Position numbers and translations under genes: made by a program
The notes under the pieces: model-generated
What the model saw: the letters and a program-made list of their open reading frames with translations, nothing else
Databases searched by the model: none
Told to the model about the DNA's origin: nothing
From: a virus
Taxonomy: Duplodnaviria > Heunggongvirae > Uroviricota > Caudoviricetes
DNA length: 50,568 bases
IMG/VR virus record: IMGVR_UViG_3300047548_001036
Span: 64,001-114,568 of that record
Strand: one strand, 5' to 3'
In this document: one piece after another, positions 46,271 through 50,568 of the stretch
Layout of the letters: every line of letters begins with the position of its first letter
Position numbering within the stretch: the first letter of the stretch is position 1

Positions 46271-46536
46271 GCTATATACAAAACGCAGAGCAGCAAGAAA
46301 CTAGTCTGTGGAATCAAGTCAGAACTTATGTGTCTGATGAGTTTAAACCAAAAGATTACTTGCTGGTGGTGTTTTCTAAAGGACAGTTTGAAGACTTTCA
46401 ATATGACCCAATAGTAGACATCGAGTTAGATAAATTTATAAAAGACATTAAAGAAGGTAATTCTAGTTTTGGAGATTACCCGCATGAACAACTAAACACA
46501 TTTGCAAGAAGGATATATGAACTTCGGAAAAATTAA
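46222..46536 (+). CDS. -1-frame ORF overlapping the end of 45107..46270 (candidate frameshift extension)
   Basis: Frame is open 46183-46536 with no ATG; reads VYNQDSGTTVNTNNEIGYIQNAEQQETSLWNQVRTYVSDEFKPKDY...; the GTG at 46330 lacks an SD. Confidence 0.6.
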   Translation, partial: VYNQDSGTTVNTNNEIGYIQNAEQQETSLWNQVRTYVSDEFKPKDYLLVVFSKGQFEDFQYDPIVDIELDKFIKDIKEGNSSFGDYPHEQLNTFARRIYELRKN

Positions 46537-46939
46537 CTTAATCACACCACCGGATAGTTTGTTTAATACAAATATTAGCTATCTTTTAGTGAAGCCAAGT
46601 ACTAAATTAAAAATTCAATTTCAAACTATACTGAGTGCGATTGACGAAGAAATTAATGTATACGTTTACGATTCAGATACAATCGATGTACAGTGGATGT
46701 TAAATGCTGCGAATAACGTCGATATTATTATTGTAGATATTGATAACTGCGATCCTGTTACTAAAAATTTCGTTAGCATACTATTATCTCTTCCAATTAC
46801 GCATTGGATTACTGAGGACGAACTCACTCCTTGGGGGTTAATTAGTAGGAATAGGATATATAACTTAGACTGGCTCGTAGACCAAATTAAAGCTGAGCTA
46901 GAATCAGAAGATGACGATGAGGACACCGATGAGGGATAA
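46517..46939 (+). CDS. Conserved phage hypothetical protein
   Basis: Start at ATG 46517 (AAGGA SD); 'KINLITPPD.LFN...LLVKP'; acidic tail. Confidence 0.72.
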   Translation: MNFGKINLITPPDSLFNTNISYLLVKPSTKLKIQFQTILSAIDEEINVYVYDSDTIDVQWMLNAANNVDIIIVDIDNCDPVTKNFVSILLSLPITHWITEDELTPWGLISRNRIYNLDWLVDQIKAELESEDDDEDTDEG

Positions 46940-47177
46940 ACAAGAAAACAAAACAAAGCTATATGGTAGCACAGTATTTTTACGTGAGGGCGAAGACGTT
47001 AATAGAGCATTACGTAAACTCAAAAATAAAATTGAAGACGGCGGAAAGCTTAAAGATCTTCAGAAAAAAGAGTTTTACGAAAAACCTACCACCGCCAGAA
47101 AACGCAAAGCAGGTGCTGCTAAGGCCCGCTGGAAGAAGAAGTTGCGCGACCAAGAGCTTCCCCCAAGGCTCTTTTAA
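46929..47177 (+). CDS. rpsU: Phage-encoded ribosomal protein bS21 homologue
   Basis: 'V.LREGEDVNRALRKLK.KI...GKL.DL.KKEFYEKPT..RKRK..AAK.RW.KK' matches the bS21 pattern; likely start 46929. Confidence 0.85.
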   Translation: MRDKQENKTKLYGSTVFLREGEDVNRALRKLKNKIEDGGKLKDLQKKEFYEKPTTARKRKAGAAKARWKKKLRDQELPPRLF

Positions 47178-47194
47178 TTAAACAACAACTCATT

Positions 47195-47227
47195 AAATAC
47201 AGCAAGATTACTTGCTGTATTTTTTTA
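47195..47227 (+). terminator. Intrinsic terminator
   Basis: AAATACAGCAAG-atta-CTTGCTGTATTT 12-bp stem followed by a T run. Confidence 0.85.
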
Positions 47228-47237
47228 TCTATTGCAG

Positions 47238-47266
47238 TTGCATGTCACTGAAACTTATGTTATAAT
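47238..47266 (+). promoter_or_regulatory. sigma70-type promoter with an extended -10
   Basis: TTGCAT - 17 nt - TATAAT with TG at the extended position. Confidence 0.72.
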
Positions 47267-47290
47267 ATCAAAAATTTAAAGGAACAACAC

Positions 47291-47866
47291 ATGAATTCTG
47301 ACATAATGGTCGACCTTGAGACTCTGGCAACATCATCAGATGCCGCAGTTCTTACCATTGGTGCAGTAAAATTCGATCCATTTGGCGATGAGCTCAACGA
47401 TAACAAAATGCAGAGCTTTTACGCTAAAATCGATGTAGATAGCTGCGATAGGTTGGGATTAGTTACCAGCGACAGTACCATAGAATGGTGGAGTAAGCAG
47501 AGCCCAGAAGCACAAGAAGAAGCATTTAGCACTGATGGCAGAGTTGACATAGTTGATGCTATGAACGACTTTTATAAATTCTGTTGGGGTTCAAAGCGTA
47601 TTTGGAGTCACGGAGCAGGTTTCGACGTAGTTATTTTGGAAACTATTTTCCGAAGAATTAACAAAGCATACCCCTGGCAGTATTGGGGTGTTCGAGACAC
47701 ACGTACTCTATTTGATATGGGCATTGATCCTAAGCGTCCTCCTGTACTAGCACACCATGCACTGCAAGATGCATGGAATCAAGCTGTAGGTGTGCAAAAC
47801 GTATGCCGTGAACTACGCAACCGAGGTGTAGAAATGTTTAAGGATTTACGCAATGAATCCGCATGA
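47291..47866 (+). CDS. DEDD-family 3'-5' exo(ribo)nuclease (Rv2179c/RNase AS-like)
   Basis: 'IMVDLETL', 'LTIGAVKFDP', 'TIEWW..Q', 'WSHGAGFD..ILE', 'RDTRT' and 'HHALQDA..QA'. Confidence 0.85.
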   Translation: MNSDIMVDLETLATSSDAAVLTIGAVKFDPFGDELNDNKMQSFYAKIDVDSCDRLGLVTSDSTIEWWSKQSPEAQEEAFSTDGRVDIVDAMNDFYKFCWGSKRIWSHGAGFDVVILETIFRRINKAYPWQYWGVRDTRTLFDMGIDPKRPPVLAHHALQDAWNQAVGVQNVCRELRNRGVEMFKDLRNESA

Positions 47867-48149
47867 TCAAATGATGGAGGCTCTTAGCATCCTCCAAGAA
47901 GAGTGTGCCGAAACCATCGTTGTTATAAGCAAAATACGTAGATTCGGATTAGACACAGAATACCTTAGGGGAGAGGGCACTAAACGAGATGCACTTGTAC
48001 AAGAACTAGGGGACATGCTGGCTATGATCGGAGTGCTCGTTAAACAAGGTGTTATTGATCCAGAAGCCATGGAAACTGCATCACAAAATAAAATCGAAAA
48101 GCTAAAAGAATTTTCAAATCTTAGAAATTTAGACAACGTTCTGAGATAA
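47853..48149 (+). CDS. MazG-like nucleotide pyrophosphohydrolase
   Basis: 'ILQEECAE....ISKIRRFG' and 'LVQELGD.LAMI' (EExxE...ExGD). Confidence 0.75.
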   Translation: MNPHDQMMEALSILQEECAETIVVISKIRRFGLDTEYLRGEGTKRDALVQELGDMLAMIGVLVKQGVIDPEAMETASQNKIEKLKEFSNLRNLDNVLR

Positions 48150-48157
48150 ATAAATTT

Positions 48158-48230
48158 GTAGAACGCCATACGGGTTTTACATCGGGCAAAGTCCCAAATC
48201 ATAAATCTTGCTTAATAAGGAGAAAAAATC
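48158..48230 (+). promoter_or_regulatory. Structured dnaK 5' leader with a ROSE-like SD-sequestering hairpin
   Basis: TAAATA at 48147-48152. Hairpins GTAGAAC..GTTTTAC (48158-48180) and GGGC-AAA-GTCC, then TCTTGCTT-aat-AAGGAGA (48206-48223). Confidence 0.6.
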
Positions 48231-50102
48231 ATGAGTAAAGTTATCGGTATTGACTTAGGTACCACCAATAGTTGCGTTGCTGTTTTAGAAAATGGCGTTG
48301 CTAAAATTATCGAAAACAGCGAAGGCGCAAGAACTACCCCTTCAATTATCGCATACACTGCCGACGAAGTACTAGTTGGCGCAAGTGCCAAGCGACAATC
48401 AGTTACTAACCCCAAAAATACCATTTATGCAGCTAAACGACTGATTGGTCGTAAATTTAAAGAAGAAGCTGTACAAAAAGACATCGATCTTATGCCTTAT
48501 GAAATCATGGAGGCTAAAAATGGCGATGCCTGGGTTAAAGCACAAGGAAAAGAACTGGCTCCGCCACAAATCAGTGCAGAAGTGTTACGTAAAATGAAGC
48601 AAACTGCCGAGGACTATCTTGGCAATCCTGTTACACAAGCTGTTATCACAGTTCCTGCTTATTTCAACGATAGCCAGCGTCAGGCTACCAAAGATGCCGG
48701 GAAAATCGCAGGGCTAGAAGTTCTTCGTATTATCAACGAACCCACTGCTGCAGCTCTTGCCTACGGTGTGGATAAGACTGACAAATCTGATCGTAAAATT
48801 GCAGTGTATGACCTTGGTGGCGGTACATTTGACGTCAGTATTATTGAAATTGCCAATGTCGACGGAGACAAGCAAATCGAAGTGTTAAGCACTAACGGAG
48901 ATACTTTCCTTGGCGGGGAGGATTTTGACCAACGTATCATGGATTATCTCTGCGACGAATTCAAGAAAGAACAAGGTATTGATCTTAAAAAAGACATGCT
49001 AGCACTTCAGCGCCTAAAAGAGGCTGCAGAGCGTGCAAAAATTGAATTGTCTAGTAGTACGCAAACAGACGTTAACTTACCGTATGTTACAGCAGATGCT
49101 ACGGGTCCCAAGCATCTTAATATCAGGCTAACCCGTGCTAAATTTGAGGCAATGGTGGAAGATCTTATTGAACGAAGCTTGACTCCTTGCCGTACTGCTA
49201 TGAAAGACGCAGGAGTTAGTGCCAGCGAGATCGACGAAATTATTCTTGTCGGTGGTCAAACTCGCATGCCTAAAGTACAAGAGGCTGTGGAAAAGCTGTT
49301 TGGAAAAACTCCACGCAAAGACGTTAACCCAGATGAAGCAGTTGCTGCAGGTGCAGCTATTCAAGGCGCTGTATTAAGCGGAGATCGTAAAGACGTATTG
49401 CTATTAGATGTTACCCCACTAAGTCTGGGTATTGAAACTATGGGCGGTGTCTTTACTAAGATCATTCAGAAGAATACCACTATTCCTACCAAGGCAAGTC
49501 AGGTATTCTCTACAGCTGAAGACAATCAGCCTGCAGTTACAATTAAAGTCGGACAAGGTGAACGAGACATTTTCCAGTATAACAAGCTACTAGGAGAGTT
49601 CAACTTAGATGGTATTGCTCCTGCACCACGCGGTACTCCACAAATAGAAGTTACATTTGACATTGACGCCAACGGCATTATGAATATTAGTGCAAAGGAT
49701 AAAGGTACTGGCAAAGAGAACAAGATTACTATCAAGAGTGATAGCGGTCTGAGTAAAGATCAGATTGAAAAAATGATCCAAGAAGCAGAAGCCAATGCCG
49801 AATCTGATCGAAAACAAAAAGAGCTAATTGAAGCTCGTAATCAGGCTGAAGCAACGATTCATAAGGTAAAAACTGATATGAAAGAAGCTAGTGATGCCCT
49901 AGCAGAGGATGTTAAAATCAAGGTTAACTCTGCAATTTCAGATGTGGAAACTGCGATGTCGGGAGATGATGTATCTGCAATTCAAGAGACTATTGGTAAA
50001 CTGTTTGAAGCCAGTCAGGCGATTTTAGAAGCAAAGTCTAAGTCTACAAAAACTGAAAACAGCGACGATGTAATTGACGCAGAAGTTAAGGAAACTGCTT
50101 AA
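48231..50102 (+). CDS. dnaK: Molecular chaperone DnaK (Hsp70)
   Basis: '[11 protein letters not shown]', '[18 protein letters not shown]', '[14 protein letters not shown]', '[10 protein letters not shown]', 'GGEDFD' and '[13 protein letters not shown]'; 623 aa. Confidence 0.98.
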   Translation: MSKVIGIDLGTTNSCVAVLENGVAKIIENSEGARTTPSIIAYTADEVLVGASAKRQSVTNPKNTIYAAKRLIGRKFKEEAVQKDIDLMPYEIMEAKNGDAWVKAQGKELAPPQISAEVLRKMKQTAEDYLGNPVTQAVITVPAYFNDSQRQATKDAGKIAGLEVLRIINEPTAAALAYGVDKTDKSDRKIAVYDLGGGTFDVSIIEIANVDGDKQIEVLSTNGDTFLGGEDFDQRIMDYLCDEFKKEQGIDLKKDMLALQRLKEAAERAKIELSSSTQTDVNLPYVTADATGPKHLNIRLTRAKFEAMVEDLIERSLTPCRTAMKDAGVSASEIDEIILVGGQTRMPKVQEAVEKLFGKTPRKDVNPDEAVAAGAAIQGAVLSGDRKDVLLLDVTPLSLGIETMGGVFTKIIQKNTTIPTKASQVFSTAEDNQPAVTIKVGQGERDIFQYNKLLGEFNLDGIAPAPRGTPQIEVTFDIDANGIMNISAKDKGTGKENKITIKSDSGLSKDQIEKMIQEAEANAESDRKQKELIEARNQAEATIHKVKTDMKEASDALAEDVKIKVNSAISDVETAMSGDDVSAIQETIGKLFEASQAILEAKSKSTKTENSDDVIDAEVKETA

Positions 50103-50111
50103 TTTTACTTG

Positions 50112-50165
50112 GTGCAGTGCTTATGTAAGGCTGCACTTTTATTCTTGCTTTAAAGGAGAAATAAA
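50112..50165 (+). promoter_or_regulatory. dnaK terminator-like hairpin followed by a ROSE-like hsp20 SD hairpin
   Basis: GTGCAGT...GCTGCAC stem plus TTTT, then TTCTTGCTTT-AAAGGAGAA (50142-50160). Confidence 0.6.
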
Positions 50166-50568
50166 ATGAATAATTTAACACGTTTTGATCCAAATGCCTT
50201 AAATCGGGCCCTGATCGGATTTGATCGTTTATTCGACGATATCGAACGTCGATTTGCAAACTCTACTAATAACTACCCACCGTATAACATTATCCAGCAT
50301 AATGACAATTCATATGAGATTGAAATCGCAGTAGCTGGGTTTAATCGAGAAAATGTTTCTGTTGAAGTTGACCAAGATCAACTTCGAATTACAGGTAAAC
50401 AGCCAAGCCGTGATGAAACCACTAAGTATATACATAGAGGACTGGCAGCTAGAGACTTTGAGCGAGTGTTTACCCTAGCAGATCACATGGAAGTGGGTGA
50501 AGCAGAAATGACAGATGGCATTTTACGTGTTATAATTACACGTATAATTCCAGAAGAATTAAAACCTC
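50166..50568 (+). CDS. hsp20: Small heat-shock protein Hsp20 (IbpA/B-like), 3'-truncated by the window edge
   Basis: Translated by hand: MNNLTRFDPNALNRALIGFDRLF...NYPPYNII...YEIEIAVAGF...YIHRGLAARDFERVFTLADHMEV..A.M.DGIL...IPEELKP. Confidence 0.93.
   Translation, partial: MNNLTRFDPNALNRALIGFDRLFDDIERRFANSTNNYPPYNIIQHNDNSYEIEIAVAGFNRENVSVEVDQDQLRITGKQPSRDETTKYIHRGLAARDFERVFTLADHMEVGEAEMTDGILRVIITRIIPEELKP

Noticed and set aside
46268-46420. TAG read-through of gene 45107 as an explanation for the downstream gap
   Set aside because: The 0-frame continuation is short and unlike the rest of the proteome, whereas the -1 frame is open to the next gene and follows a canonical slippery site.
1-50568. 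Alternative genetic code (stop-codon reassignment, as in some jumbo phages)
   Set aside because: nrdA, nrdB, dnaK and the long fibres are uninterrupted in code 11, and TAA, TAG and TGA all terminate genes at sensible junctions.
1-50568. tRNA, tmRNA or rRNA genes
   Set aside because: No intergenic gap shows a cloverleaf or T-loop (GTTCRA) context by eye; a tRNAscan-SE/Aragorn run would settle it.

Overview
A 50.6-kb segment of an AT-rich large/jumbo tailed-phage genome with T4-like organisation, read with standard code 11 and almost entirely on the + strand. From left to right: (1) an adhesin/tail-fibre block (1-17.3 kb) with three LamG-like paralogues, two giant fibres made of proline-free Gly-Tyr-Thr collagen repeats plus Cys-rich 14-residue beta-roll repeats, further fibre/virion proteins and tail-assembly chaperones; (2) a sigma70-driven modification operon (17.4-22 kb) with three glycosyltransferase-like genes (one fused to a methyltransferase), a RaxST/TPST-like sulfotransferase and an APS-kinase-like gene; (3) an S8 protease and a run of mostly unknown late genes, many with an 'M-[KR]-x-x-E-[IL]' leader, including a GH19 lysozyme-like and a pterin-dehydratase-like protein, interrupted by a small antisense GNAT cassette; (4) a PD-(D/E)XK exonuclease, nrdA/nrdB/glutaredoxin, PAAR-like spike, HAD nucleotidase and SleB-like hydrolase; (5) a ribosomal protein bS21 homologue, DEDD exonuclease, MazG-like protein, dnaK and a partial hsp20. 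Transcription signals fall into two classes: sigma70 promoters and a recurrent intergenic TAAATA (T4-late-like) element. The most interesting observations are a candidate fibre glycosylation/tyrosine-sulfation system, two candidate -1 frameshift sites at poly-A runs, ROSE-like thermometers ahead of dnaK and hsp20, a PhaR-box-like palindrome at the antisense cassette, and several unannotated micro-ORFs. Sequence resemblance of DnaK/Hsp20 suggests a proteobacterial (probably betaproteobacterial) host; this is inference. All family assignments are from motif recognition by eye, with no database searches. No tRNA, rRNA, CRISPR array or integrase was seen.
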